62,888 bases of DNA from Weeksellaceae bacterium. GTDB taxonomy: Bacteria; Bacteroidota; Bacteroidia; Flavobacteriales; Weeksellaceae. How positions within the stretch are numbered: the stretch's first letter is position 1; every line of letters starts with the position of its first letter. Below the pieces are notes generated by a model, which worked only from the letters and a program-made list of their open reading frames with translations, was not told where the DNA came from and did no database searches. Made by a program: the position numbers and the translations under genes. The stretch covers positions 1-62,888 of the forward strand of contig JAUNRT010000003.1 in assembly GCA_030535475.1 (NCBI GenBank), read 5' to 3'. Shown one piece after another: positions 49,860 to 59,978 of the stretch.

Positions 49860-50065
49860 GCTCAGGACCAGGCTATTGGGCTAAATCCTGCTTGCCATAA
49901 TCTACAAAAGCTGCTGCTGCCGGCACACTCTCAGGCTATCGCCGTGACCCGGTACCGGCAGCAGCGCTTTTGTAATAGATTTTGTCTGCGCACGATACCG
50001 CCCATATCCTTGCCTCAACTTGCCTTCGGCAAGTGTTGGGTAGTAATGGAAGCGGGGAAACTTTC
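49860..50065 (+). repeat. Diverged B-like structured module (related to subtype 2)
   Basis: Preceded by a roughly 20-nt T-rich tract. The hairpin at 49899-49980 has the same loop motifs (GGCACACTCTC ... GACCCGGTACC) as 35751-35785, but different, complementary stems. Confidence 0.7.
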
Positions 50066-50135
50066 CTTTGCAAAATCTTAAATAAATTTACCGAATTCAG
50101 TTTGATAAATGCGGATAATGAAGATGTTATAGCAT

Positions 50136-50165
50136 AAAAAACCGTCTCATATACTTATGAGACGG
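50136..50165 (-). terminator. Intrinsic terminator downstream of the SOD gene
   Basis: The CCGTCTCATA-tact-TATGAGACGG hairpin is followed by U6 on the minus strand. Confidence 0.8.
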
Positions 50166-50197
50166 CTGGATTTTATTGTCTAAAAAGCAGTGCAAAA

Positions 50198-50800
50198 TTA
50201 CTTCGCAGACTTGAAGTGCTCAGCAACTTTCTCCCAATTTACTACATTCCAGAATGCTGAAAGATAGTCTGGGCGCTTGTTTTGATATTTCAAATAGTAA
50301 GCGTGTTCCCACACATCTACACCCAAAATAGGAGCGCCTCCGCAACCAGCTTCAGGCATCAAAGGGTTGTCTTGGTTGGGCGTAGAGCATATTTCCAATT
50401 TCCCATTTACTACACACAGCCAAGCCCAGCCAGACCCAAATCGAGTCTTACCTGCCTCTTCAAATTTCTTTTTGAAATCTTCAAAAGATCCAAAAGCATC
50501 ATCTATAGCTTTTGCCAAGTCACCTTCAGGCTTGCCGCCACCATCCGGGCTCATGATTTCCCAGAAGAAAGTGTGATTCCAGTGACCGCCACCATTGTTG
50601 CGCACCGCTTTTTTACCGCTTCCTTCCTTCACAACTTCTTCTAGAGATTTTCCCTCTAACTCTGTGCCTTTTATAGCATCGTTCAAGTTGTCAACATAGG
50701 ATTGATGGTGCTTTCCATGGTGTATTTCCATAGTTTTTGCATCTATATGTGGTTCCAAAGCATCAAATGCGTAGGGCAATTTTGGTAATTCAAATGACAT
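50198..50800 (-). CDS. Fe/Mn-family superoxide dismutase
   Basis: [32 protein letters not shown] and DVWEHAYYL motifs. Confidence 0.95.
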   Translation of the reverse strand: MSFELPKLPYAFDALEPHIDAKTMEIHHGKHHQSYVDNLNDAIKGTELEGKSLEEVVKEGSGKKAVRNNGGGHWNHTFFWEIMSPDGGGKPEGDLAKAIDDAFGSFEDFKKKFEEAGKTRFGSGWAWLCVVNGKLEICSTPNQDNPLMPEAGCGGAPILGVDVWEHAYYLKYQNKRPDYLSAFWNVVNWEKVAEHFKSAK

Positions 50801-51006
50801 AATTTTTTGATTTTTTGATTAATAATGATATTTAGCCTGCAAAAAATCCGCCAAATTTTAACATTTCACATCATTTAATACAATATTCACATACTTTATT
50901 CTTATAAGTAGCCATGAGGCAATGGTCTTATGTAAGCCTCAAGGCTCAGAAGACTAGACTCTCACATCGCAAAAAAAAATTAATTTTGTAAGATATAAAT
51001 TCCCAC

Positions 51007-52227
51007 ATGCCGCAACAAACACCCCGCACAGCAAAGCGCAGAGTAGGCTGCCTACCCAACTTTCTACGCATCATATTTGTAGGCGTGCTTTTGCTTGTAG
51101 CTTTACTATTTATCACCGGCAATCAATACATAATCCGTGGAGTGCAACTTACCTATCTCAAGGGTAAAACCACCGCCAACATATATGATTATAAAGATTT
51201 TGGAAACAGATTGGTGCTCAGTGCTGCTCCACAGCCTTGGGATACCCAACCGGATTACAACCAGCAATCACTGCCGGATTCTCTACTTCAACACCTAGAG
51301 CAGTATAGTACAGATGCCTTTTTGGTGATAAAAGATGGGAAATTATGGCAAGAACATTACTTCCAGAATAGAAAATCTACAGATATAAGCAATAGTTTCT
51401 CTATTGCTAAAAGCGTCGTAACTATGTTGATGTTCAAGGCTATAGAAGATGGATATATACAATCTACTGAGCAAAAAATCACTGATTTTTTGCCCGAGTA
51501 TAAAGAAGATAGTTTTGGGAGCCAATGCACAATTGGCCATCTCAGTGCCATGACTTCCGGCTATGATTGGCAAGAAGATTATTATTTGCCACTCAATCCT
51601 ACCGCCAAAGCATACTACGGTACAGATATAGAAAAGCAAATGCTACAACGCGGGTTTGATGAAATGCCGGGCAGCCGGTTTGAATACCTGTCCGGTGCTA
51701 CACAATTGTTGGCTATAATAATCCAAAGAGCAACAAACAAGCCCATTTCTACCTATCTCACAGAGTCTTTCTGGCAACCCATGGGCATGGAGCAAGATGC
51801 GCAGTGGAGCCTGGATGCAAATGATGAAATGGAAAAAGCTTATTGCTGCTTGAATGCCACCGCCAGAGATTTTGCCAAATTGGGGCAGCTTTTGTTGCAA
51901 CACGGCAATTGGAACGGAAGGCAACTATTATCTAAAGAGCATGTGCAAAAAATGGTGCAGCCAAATCTCAGCGCATTTGCCTCTGCAAACACAGCACAAT
52001 ACGGCTACTCCATTTGGACAGATTACAGCAATCAACCGCAATTTTACGCTATGCTTGGGCATCTGGGCCAGCGTGTGATTGTGATACCGGAAATCAATAC
52101 TGTGATAGTGAGGTTGGGACATGAAAAGGATGACAGGAAATTGGGCATGGGCACCATAGGTGATGCCACCGGGTCTGACACATATATCTATGTAAATCAA
52201 GTGTATAAAATGATAAAAAACCAATGA
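51007..52227 (+). CDS. Serine hydrolase (beta-lactamase/transpeptidase-like)
   Basis: SxxK motif (SIAKS) after an N-terminal TM anchor; about 400 aa. Confidence 0.7.
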   Translation: MPQQTPRTAKRRVGCLPNFLRIIFVGVLLLVALLFITGNQYIIRGVQLTYLKGKTTANIYDYKDFGNRLVLSAAPQPWDTQPDYNQQSLPDSLLQHLEQYSTDAFLVIKDGKLWQEHYFQNRKSTDISNSFSIAKSVVTMLMFKAIEDGYIQSTEQKITDFLPEYKEDSFGSQCTIGHLSAMTSGYDWQEDYYLPLNPTAKAYYGTDIEKQMLQRGFDEMPGSRFEYLSGATQLLAIIIQRATNKPISTYLTESFWQPMGMEQDAQWSLDANDEMEKAYCCLNATARDFAKLGQLLLQHGNWNGRQLLSKEHVQKMVQPNLSAFASANTAQYGYSIWTDYSNQPQFYAMLGHLGQRVIVIPEINTVIVRLGHEKDDRKLGMGTIGDATGSDTYIYVNQVYKMIKNQ

Positions 52228-52919
52228 CACAGATCAACCTTTCCAAAATATTATTTCTGGATATAGAAACCGTGCCTCAAACTGCTGATTGGAACCAGGT
52301 AGATCCCGGATTGCAAGAGCTTTGGGAAAAGAAAACTTCCTATAGAACCCAAGAGCTGGAACTGAGTGCTGCGGAGTATTACCATACGCATGCCGGTATA
52401 TGGGCAGAATTTGGAAAAATTGTTTGCATTTCTTGCGCAATCATCACCGGAGATAATAGATTCAGAATCAAAAGTTTTTCTGGTGATGATGAGACTGCTC
52501 TGCTACAAGAGTTTGCGGAGATGCTCAATGATAATTTTTCTGGCTCTCAGCATAGACTTTGTGCACACAACGGCAAAGAGTTTGACTTTCCATACTTGGC
52601 AAGACGCATGACTATACTGGGCATAGAATTGCCAAACATTTTGCGTTTTCACGGTAAAAAACCGTGGGAAGTGCCGCACTATGATACGTTAGAACTTTGG
52701 AAATTTGGTGACTACAAGCACTATACCTCTCTAGATTTGCTTGCGCGCATATTGGGTATAGATTCGCCAAAAACTGACATAGATGGCAGTATGGTAGCCA
52801 AGGTGTACTATGAAGACAAAGATTTGATCCGCATACAGAAATACTGTGAACTGGATGTAATAACTACTGCCAAAGTGTTTTGCCGAATGATGCAAATTCC
52901 TGTCCCAGAACATGAGTGA
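52224..52919 (+). CDS. DnaQ/PolB-like 3'-5' exonuclease (RNase H-like fold)
   Basis: Exo motifs LFLDIETVP, CAHNGKEFDFPYL and YCELDV. Confidence 0.75.
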   Translation: MTQINLSKILFLDIETVPQTADWNQVDPGLQELWEKKTSYRTQELELSAAEYYHTHAGIWAEFGKIVCISCAIITGDNRFRIKSFSGDDETALLQEFAEMLNDNFSGSQHRLCAHNGKEFDFPYLARRMTILGIELPNILRFHGKKPWEVPHYDTLELWKFGDYKHYTSLDLLARILGIDSPKTDIDGSMVAKVYYEDKDLIRIQKYCELDVITTAKVFCRMMQIPVPEHE

Positions 52920-53418
52920 TATACCAACGCCGGAAAATATAGACCAGCAAGCCCGCCTGTCGCATAAGCAGAACAAGCAGTTTCTGGACTGGATGCGCAA
53001 AAAGCAACCCAAAGACTTGGACGCTGTGGCGCAAGCAACGCATGATGAGGTGTTTGAAGAGGTAGATTGCTTGCAATGTGCTAATTGCTGCAAAACTACC
53101 GGACCTTTGTTCACAGAAAAAGACATAGAGCGCATTGCGGCTCAGCAGCGTATGAAACCCGGTAAATTTGCTGAAATCTATTTGCGAAAAGATGAGGAAG
53201 GCGATTGGGTGCTAAAAAGTGTGCCTTGTCCATTTTTGCTTGCAGACAATAGTTGCGTAATCTACGATGTGCGCCCCAAGGCTTGTGCAGAGTTTCCGCA
53301 TACGGATCGCAGAAAGCTATATCAAATAAACCATCTTACCATAAAAAACGTGGCAATATGCCCAGCGGCATACGCCATAGTGCAACGTATGCAGCAACAT
53401 TATCTCACACGCAGGTAG
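52912..53418 (+). CDS. YkgJ-family cysteine-cluster protein
   Basis: CLQCANCC ... CPFL..NSCVIYDVRPKAC pattern. Confidence 0.7.
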   Translation: MSDIPTPENIDQQARLSHKQNKQFLDWMRKKQPKDLDAVAQATHDEVFEEVDCLQCANCCKTTGPLFTEKDIERIAAQQRMKPGKFAEIYLRKDEEGDWVLKSVPCPFLLADNSCVIYDVRPKACAEFPHTDRRKLYQINHLTIKNVAICPAAYAIVQRMQQHYLTRR

Positions 53419-53439
53419 TAAACCAGTTGTTGAGGTATG

Positions 53440-54372
53440 CTAAGGTTTGTTTTTGGCAAAAAGTTCTGGAAGGCGATTGAGCAAGGCGTATTTGCGGTAA
53501 GCAGCCTTACCTTCTTCTGCAGGGACGCCCATATATAATTTACCGCCTTCAAGTGATTTGGAAACGCCGGATTTGGCGCTCACTACAGCAGCCGTGCCAA
53601 TACGTACACCGCTGGTGACGCCTACTTGACCCCAGAGTGTTACTCCGTCTTCTATGATGCAACAGCCTGCTATGCCGCAATGTGAGGCTATGAGACAGGA
53701 CTTGCCTATAATGGTGTCATGGCCCACTTGAATCTGGTTGTCTAGCTTGGAGCCTGCGCCTATCACTGTGCTGGCGGTAACTCCACGGTCTATGGTGCAG
53801 TTGGCACCGATCTCTACATTGTCTTCTATGACCACATTGCCAACGCTCTGGAGTTTGTCATAGCCTGTATCACGCTTTTTGTAGTAAAAGGCATCTGCGC
53901 CCAAAACAGTGCCAGCGTGTATGATGACGTTGTTGCCAATGACGCTGTGGCTGCCAATGACTACGTTGGGGTGTATGTGGCAGTTGCTGCCAATGACTAC
54001 ATTGCTCTCTATGACTACCCCGGGTGCAAGATGTGTATGCTCACCAATGATGGCATCCGGCGCTATGGACTGATTGTAGTGTTGTCTCTCAAAAAAATGC
54101 TGGCCTATGGCTACAAAATCGCGAAAAGGATCGTCTGATATGAGTAGTGATTTGCCTTCAGGACATACAACTTCTTGATTGATGAGGATGGTAGTGGCGG
54201 CGCTGTTGAGCGCTTTTTCATAGTATTTTGGGTGATCTACAAAGACTAAGTCTCCGCTGCCCACGCGGTGGATCTCGTTGATGCCCCAAACGGGAAAATC
54301 TGCCGGTCCAACGGGTTTTGCGTTTATGAGGTCTGCGATTTGTTGCAGGGTTTGTGGTTGTGGGAATCGCAT
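53440..54372 (-). CDS. lpxD: UDP-3-O-acylglucosamine N-acyltransferase
   Basis: Hexapeptide repeats and an LpxD-type N-terminal domain (LQQIADLINA). ATG at 54372. Confidence 0.9.
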   Translation of the reverse strand: MRFPQPQTLQQIADLINAKPVGPADFPVWGINEIHRVGSGDLVFVDHPKYYEKALNSAATTILINQEVVCPEGKSLLISDDPFRDFVAIGQHFFERQHYNQSIAPDAIIGEHTHLAPGVVIESNVVIGSNCHIHPNVVIGSHSVIGNNVIIHAGTVLGADAFYYKKRDTGYDKLQSVGNVVIEDNVEIGANCTIDRGVTASTVIGAGSKLDNQIQVGHDTIIGKSCLIASHCGIAGCCIIEDGVTLWGQVGVTSGVRIGTAAVVSAKSGVSKSLEGGKLYMGVPAEEGKAAYRKYALLNRLPELFAKNKP

Positions 54373-54487
54373 GTGCAAATGTTTGGGTAAAAATACTGTA
54401 TTTTCTGTATGTATGACAGATGTATGCTGCTAAAGCCTGATAATGTGTACAGTAATTGGTTTTAAAACTCGGATGATTTGAAAGGAG

Positions 54488-54694
54488 AAGTACATTGAAA
54501 TTTGCCGATGAGGCAAAAATGGCCTTTGTGGGCTGGCCTAGCCCGTATGCGAACGGAAATCCTTGCGCGGCAATCTGCCCTACAAACAGTGGGCTGGCAG
54601 GTACTGGAATCCCTTGTGGTGGACGTACCGGCAAGCCCTCTGTTTGTGGCAGATTGCGAGCAAGATTGCAGTGGGCAGCCGGAAATAGCTCCAA
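54488..54694 (-). repeat. Solo B-module, subtype 3, in the lpxD upstream region and in lpxD orientation
   Basis: The reverse complement begins TTGGAGCTATTTCCGGCTGCCC. It has the AATCTTGC/GCAAGGATT closing helix, a roughly 30-bp hairpin, and then ACGGGCTAGGCCAGCCC...GGCC and ATTTCAATG. Confidence 0.85.
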
Positions 54695-54855
54695 AAAATA
54701 ATAAATAGGCTAATCAAGCATGATAAAGTGTTGATTTTTAAAGGATTGATGAGTTTTGTGGAATTTGAATGTGTTTGGAGAAAAATGGCTTGAAGGAATT
54801 GTAAAATCTGTTTAAATTTGTGTTTTCTAATTTTCAACAAAAAAGTAGGAGTTTT

Positions 54856-55605
54856 ATGGGTCGCGCATTTGAGTATCGCAAAGCAGCCAAATTTGCCCGT
54901 TGGGACAAGATGGCAAAACAGTTTAGCCGCATAGGCAAGGAGATAGCTATGGCTGTGAAAGATGGTGGGCCAGACCCGGATTCTAATCTGGCGCTGCGAC
55001 GTGCTATACAAAACGCTAAGGGTGTAAACATGCCCAAGGATAATGTGGAACGCGCTATAAAAAAAGCTTCCGGTGCGGATGCTGAGGTGTATGATGAGAT
55101 AACTTTTGAGGGCTATGCACCGCATGGGATTGGGGTTTTTGTGGAGTGTACTACGAATAATAATAACCGTACTGTGGCCAATGTGCGTGCAATCTTCAAC
55201 AAGGTGGGTGGTAGCCTGGGCACGAAAGGTGAACTGGCCTTCATGTTTGACAGAAAGGGTGTTTTTACCATTGAGGAGAGCCAACTGAAAATGGATTGGG
55301 ACGACTTTGAATTGGGCTTGATAGATGCCGGGGCGGATGAGATAGAAAAGGTGGAGGATCTGATAGTGGTGTACTGCAATTTTGAGGACTTTGGCAATGT
55401 GTCTCACGTGCTTGATGAGATGGGGCTGGAGGTGCAAAATGCTGAGCTAAAGCGTATTCCGAACATCACAAAGGAATTGAGCTTAGAACAATCTAAAGAG
55501 ATTTTGGATGTCATAGACCGCTTTGAGCAAGATGATGATGTGCAAAACGTGTATCACACGCTGGAGATAAGTGATGAGATGGCTGCGGAATTGGACAAGG
55601 ACTGA
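54856..55605 (+). CDS. YebC/PmpR family DNA-binding transcriptional regulator
   Basis: MGRAFEYRKAAKFARWDKMAKQFSRIGKEI is the canonical family N-terminus. Confidence 0.92.
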   Translation: MGRAFEYRKAAKFARWDKMAKQFSRIGKEIAMAVKDGGPDPDSNLALRRAIQNAKGVNMPKDNVERAIKKASGADAEVYDEITFEGYAPHGIGVFVECTTNNNNRTVANVRAIFNKVGGSLGTKGELAFMFDRKGVFTIEESQLKMDWDDFELGLIDAGADEIEKVEDLIVVYCNFEDFGNVSHVLDEMGLEVQNAELKRIPNITKELSLEQSKEILDVIDRFEQDDDVQNVYHTLEISDEMAAELDKD

Positions 55606-55660
55606 GTTCCGGACGGGCAACTTGAGATAATTTTGTAAATTGGTGCCAAAATGCTGGTTT

Positions 55661-56236
55661 ATGAAAATGTTTTGGATGCTATGTTTGGTGGCTATGAGCA
55701 CTTTGTGCTTTGCACAATCTGGGGGTGAATCTGCCGCTGATACTTTTTGGAATAATTTGCAGCAACATTGTGGCAAATCTTATATAGGTCACATCACTAC
55801 CGGTGCCAAGGTGGGCGATGGATTTACCGGGGAGCCGCTGGTGATGCAGGTTTTGTCTTGTGAGAAAGATCGTGTGAGAATTCCATTCTATGTAGGGGAT
55901 GACCGCTCACGTACTTGGGTAATAACACGCTTGGCAGATGGCAGGATACGGCTGAAGCATGATCATCGCCATGCAGATGGCAGCGAGGAGGATGTGACAC
56001 AGTATGGTGGTGCGGCCACAAACCATGGTTTTGCGGAGTTGCAAATGTTTCCGGCGGATGCTGAAACAGCGGCTAATATTTCTTATGCTTCTACCAATGT
56101 GTGGTGGATGACGCTAGATGAAAAATATTTTAGCTACAATCTGCAACGTGTAGGCTCTGACAGAGTGTTTACAGTGGTTTTTGATTTGGGCAATGCCGTG
56201 GAGGTGAACTACAGGCCTTGGGGTTGGAAAGACTAA
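55661..56236 (+). CDS. Hypothetical secreted protein
   Basis: Signal peptide MKMFWMLCLVAMSTLCFAQ; no family recognised. Confidence 0.6.
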   Translation: MKMFWMLCLVAMSTLCFAQSGGESAADTFWNNLQQHCGKSYIGHITTGAKVGDGFTGEPLVMQVLSCEKDRVRIPFYVGDDRSRTWVITRLADGRIRLKHDHRHADGSEEDVTQYGGAATNHGFAELQMFPADAETAANISYASTNVWWMTLDEKYFSYNLQRVGSDRVFTVVFDLGNAVEVNYRPWGWKD

Positions 56237-56494
56237 GAGGTCTTGGAAATACCCATGAAGTGTGCTGACTGGGTTTGCTAAAGAATTCGTTATGGGTTTT
56301 GCGACACAGTTTTCAAAATATTTTCTGTGAAATTGCAGGTTTTGCTGCGCTATGCGCTAGAGCAAAATAAGAAGTTGCTCGGAAAATAATGATATTGTTG
56401 TAAAGTTGGAATTAATTGACGTTAAATTTTTGGTTAAATGTTGATTTAATTGTAGCTTTATACTCTTAAAGAGATAATAATTAAAAAATAGTAT

Positions 56495-58066
56495 ATGAAA
56501 AGAAGTTTATTTTGTGCCGGTCTGCTATTAGCAGGTTTGGCCTATGGTCAAGTATTTCAAGAAGACTGGGACGGAAATGGTCCTGGTATTGAGGCTTGGA
56601 CTGTAGTGGATGAGAGTGGCAACACTCCTGATGAAGGGGTGAGCTTTATGACGGATGCTTGGACGGTTGTGGACAGACATGGTGCTCAGAATTTTGGAGG
56701 ACCTGCGGGCGATCATGCTGCAGCAAGTACTTCATGGTTTTCACCTCCTGGACAGGCTGATGCATGGCTGATAAGCCCTGAAATAGAGTTGCCTATAGAA
56801 GAGGCATTCTTGATATGGGATGTTAAGGCTCAGGATGCACAATATCCTGATGGGTATGAGCTACGTTTATCACCAACCGGTGGTAGTGCAGTGGAAGATT
56901 TCACAGTGGTATTGTTTTCAATAGCTTCTGAGCAAGCTACTTGGCAAACGAGATCTATTAGCCTTGGAGAGTATAGCGGAACTACTGTGCGTGTGGCATG
57001 GAGAAACAACTCTACAGACCAGTACATACTTCTTGTAGATAATATCCTAGTGCAAGCGCTGGATATGGAAGCGCCAAGCTGTGTGACTCTTTTAGAGCCT
57101 ACAGATGGGTCAACTGTTGATCCTGCAAATGCAGTATTTTCTTGGGAGCCGGCAGAAGGTGATAGCATAGACAATTATACTTTCTACTTAGGAACAAGTA
57201 TAGATGATATGGCAAGTTTAGGTACTACTACCAACACTTCAACTCCACTGAGTGGCCTACAGTTTAGTACTACTTACTACTGGACAGTGATCCCAAGCAA
57301 TTTGGCAGGTGCACCAACTGATTGTGCTATCTATAGCTTCACAACAGAGGAGTCTCCATTGGCACCTTACTGTGGACCGCTTAATTTCACGCTTGTGGAG
57401 CCAATCACGCTTGTGGAGTTTGCAGGGATAAATAATTCTACTTCTGCAGAGGTAGGAGGGGTTCCGGCTCATGGTATTTATCTGGATATGGTAGCCAATG
57501 TAGCGCAGGGTGAAACGTACACCATTATTCTTTCAGGTAATACTGCCGGAAATTATATAAATAGATTTGCAGTGTTCATTGACTGGAATCAAAATGGTGT
57601 CTTGGATGATGCTGGTGAGGTATATGAAGTAACACAGTTGCTAGAAAACTCAACAGGAACTGATGGTGTCACTATATCTCACGAAATCACTGTGCCAGCA
57701 GATGCTGTAATAGGTACTACTAGAATGCGCGTGAAGAAGATATATGGAACTACTGATTTTCTAGATCCATGCGCAGGTACCACATTTGGACACGCTCAAG
57801 ATTATTCTGTTGAGGTAGGTACAATGTCAACTGTTGATACAGAAATGAGAAGAAACAATGTGTATCCAAACCCTACAAGAGATGTACTCAACATATCTGC
57901 TACAGATGTAGCGCAAGTACGTGTGTACAACATGCTTGGACAGCAGATGAGAGTAGATTTCAATGCTCAAACTGTAAACGTAAGCCACTTACCAGCTGGT
58001 AATTACATACTACAGATGGAGAATGAGAATGGTGACTTGCAAAACGTGAAGTTCATCAAGAAATAA
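56495..58066 (+). CDS. T9SS-sorted secreted protein with choice-of-anchor-J-like N-terminal domain and GEVED-like domain (paralog 1)
   Basis: Signal peptide; the QVFQEDWDGNGPG block; PYCGP...FIDWNQNGVLDDAGEVYEV...RMRVKK...AQDYSVEV; and a C-terminal VYPNPTRDVLNI...KFIKK sorting domain. Confidence 0.85.
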   Translation: MKRSLFCAGLLLAGLAYGQVFQEDWDGNGPGIEAWTVVDESGNTPDEGVSFMTDAWTVVDRHGAQNFGGPAGDHAAASTSWFSPPGQADAWLISPEIELPIEEAFLIWDVKAQDAQYPDGYELRLSPTGGSAVEDFTVVLFSIASEQATWQTRSISLGEYSGTTVRVAWRNNSTDQYILLVDNILVQALDMEAPSCVTLLEPTDGSTVDPANAVFSWEPAEGDSIDNYTFYLGTSIDDMASLGTTTNTSTPLSGLQFSTTYYWTVIPSNLAGAPTDCAIYSFTTEESPLAPYCGPLNFTLVEPITLVEFAGINNSTSAEVGGVPAHGIYLDMVANVAQGETYTIILSGNTAGNYINRFAVFIDWNQNGVLDDAGEVYEVTQLLENSTGTDGVTISHEITVPADAVIGTTRMRVKKIYGTTDFLDPCAGTTFGHAQDYSVEVGTMSTVDTEMRRNNVYPNPTRDVLNISATDVAQVRVYNMLGQQMRVDFNAQTVNVSHLPAGNYILQMENENGDLQNVKFIKK

Positions 58067-58098
58067 GTATAAGTGATCTGATCACTGGGTCTTATGAA

Positions 58099-58130
58099 AT
58101 CCCGCAGCCGCAGGCTGCGGGATTTTTTTT
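58099..58130 (+). terminator. Intrinsic terminator after paralog 1
   Basis: ATCCCGCAGCC-gca-GGCTGCGGGAT followed by T8. Confidence 0.85.
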
Positions 58131-58230
58131 ATGAAACAATTTTTCTCGATGAATTGAGTTTTTGCCTTATGCCCTACGGCATTTTGTGTAACTTTATGGC
58201 CAATTGATATTTTTAACACAAATAGTTTTC

Positions 58231-59805
58231 ATGAAGAGATTTTTATTGTTTTCGGTTTTGATTTTTGCCTCACAGGTTTATGGCCAAATTTTTCAGGAAG
58301 ATTGGGACGGTAGTGGTCCTGGAATTGCCGGATGGACCGTGATAGACGTAGATGCCAATACCCCATCAGCTACAGTAGCCTCATATATGACAGATGCTTG
58401 GGTGGTACTAGATCAGGGAGGTACGCCCAACTTAGATGGCCCTGAAGGAAATTTTGTAGCCGTGAGCACATCAGACTACACACCGGCGGGTACTTCAAAT
58501 GACTGGCTGATATCACCCGTCATAGAGCTCCCCACCGGCAACATTTCTGTGTTCTGGAACGCCAGAGCACAAGATCCCAACTATAGAGATGGATATGAAC
58601 TTAGGTTGGCCCCCAATGCCGGCAATAGTCCGGAGGATTTTACTGTTACATTACTTTCGGTAGCAGAAGAAAGCAGCACTTGGGCCAACAGAAGTGCGTC
58701 ACTCAATGAATATGTAGGAACCAGCGTGAGACTGGCTTGGGTGAACAATTCTACTGACAAGTTTCTTCTACTGATAGACAATATTTTGGTGGATGTAGTA
58801 GAGAATGTAGCTCCGTCATGTTCTGCTCTATTGTCTCCTGCTGATGAAGCTGTAGGAGTGGACCCACAAGGGATTGTGCTCTCTTGGGAAGCTTCTGATT
58901 CAGCTACGAGTTATCAATTGTTTGTGGGCAGCTCACCGAGCACTTTAAACTATATTGATAGCGTAACCAATACCTCTACACCGCTTTTTGGTTTGCAATA
59001 TTCTACAACATATTATTGGTCTATAGTCCCATCCAATGACACGGCCGATGCGCAGGCTTGTGCGGTGTTTTCTTTCACCACCATGGATTCGCCGTTTGCT
59101 CCTTATTGCGGTCCTCTCGTGTATTATTTGACTACAGAACCTATAACTTTAGTAGATTTTGCGGGAATAAATAATGCTACATCAGCAGAAGGTGCTGAGA
59201 GCGCAGGCCATATGGATTTCACAGATCAAGTAGGACATGTGGTGCCGGGTGAAACATACACTATCACCCTACAAGGATATACGGGTGGCAACTATGCCAA
59301 TCGCTTTGTGATCTTCATAGACTGGAACCAGAATGGTGTGCTAGATGATGCTGGCGAGGTATATGAGGTGACACAAGAATTGGTGAACTCTACAGGAACA
59401 GATGGACAGCAAGTAACTCATGAGATTACAGTACCTGCCAACGCATTAATCGGTGAAACACGCATGCGCGTGAAAAAACAATTTGGGCCCAATTATTACA
59501 CAGACCCTTGTATGGCGCCCGGTTTTGGACAAGCCGCAGACTATACACTACAAGTAGGTAGCTTGAGTGTAGGAGAGCAAGAATTAGCCGCTATGAAAAT
59601 CTATCCAAATCCAGTGAAAGATGTTTTGCATATACAAGGAGATGCCTGGGTAGAGGCCAAAATTTATAATTATTTAGGCCAACAAATTCATGCTAAAATT
59701 CAAGGCGGTACAGTACAAGTATCGCACCTGTCACCGGGGAATTATGTACTGCAATTGCAGCAAAGCAATGGTGAAATTCGATCGTTTAAATTCATCAAGA
59801 GATAA
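58231..59805 (+). CDS. T9SS-sorted choice-of-anchor-J/GEVED-like protein (paralog 2)
   Basis: Same architecture as 56495-58066. ATG at 58231 (MKRFLLFSVLIF). Confidence 0.85.
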   Translation: MKRFLLFSVLIFASQVYGQIFQEDWDGSGPGIAGWTVIDVDANTPSATVASYMTDAWVVLDQGGTPNLDGPEGNFVAVSTSDYTPAGTSNDWLISPVIELPTGNISVFWNARAQDPNYRDGYELRLAPNAGNSPEDFTVTLLSVAEESSTWANRSASLNEYVGTSVRLAWVNNSTDKFLLLIDNILVDVVENVAPSCSALLSPADEAVGVDPQGIVLSWEASDSATSYQLFVGSSPSTLNYIDSVTNTSTPLFGLQYSTTYYWSIVPSNDTADAQACAVFSFTTMDSPFAPYCGPLVYYLTTEPITLVDFAGINNATSAEGAESAGHMDFTDQVGHVVPGETYTITLQGYTGGNYANRFVIFIDWNQNGVLDDAGEVYEVTQELVNSTGTDGQQVTHEITVPANALIGETRMRVKKQFGPNYYTDPCMAPGFGQAADYTLQVGSLSVGEQELAAMKIYPNPVKDVLHIQGDAWVEAKIYNYLGQQIHAKIQGGTVQVSHLSPGNYVLQLQQSNGEIRSFKFIKR

Positions 59806-59840
59806 GAATTTCAAGCGCTAAAACAGTATTCGTTTAGAAA

Positions 59841-59872
59841 AATTCCGGGATGTGAAAATTCCGGAATTTTTT
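59841..59872 (+). terminator. Intrinsic terminator after paralog 2
   Basis: AATTCCGG-loop-CCGGAATT followed by a T run. Confidence 0.7.
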
Positions 59873-59978
59873 ATTTCGCAATTCTCAAATGTGCAACATA
59901 AGCCGCTTTTATGGCTCAAAGTTTTTGAAAAATAGCTATTTTTAGCGCTACAACAAATTACTTTAATAAAAAAATAGT

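Noticed and set aside
54580-55437. 285-aa minus-strand ORF
   Set aside because: It is antisense to the canonical YebC-family gene (54856-55605), has no recognisable domains and is histidine/leucine-rich shadow sequence.
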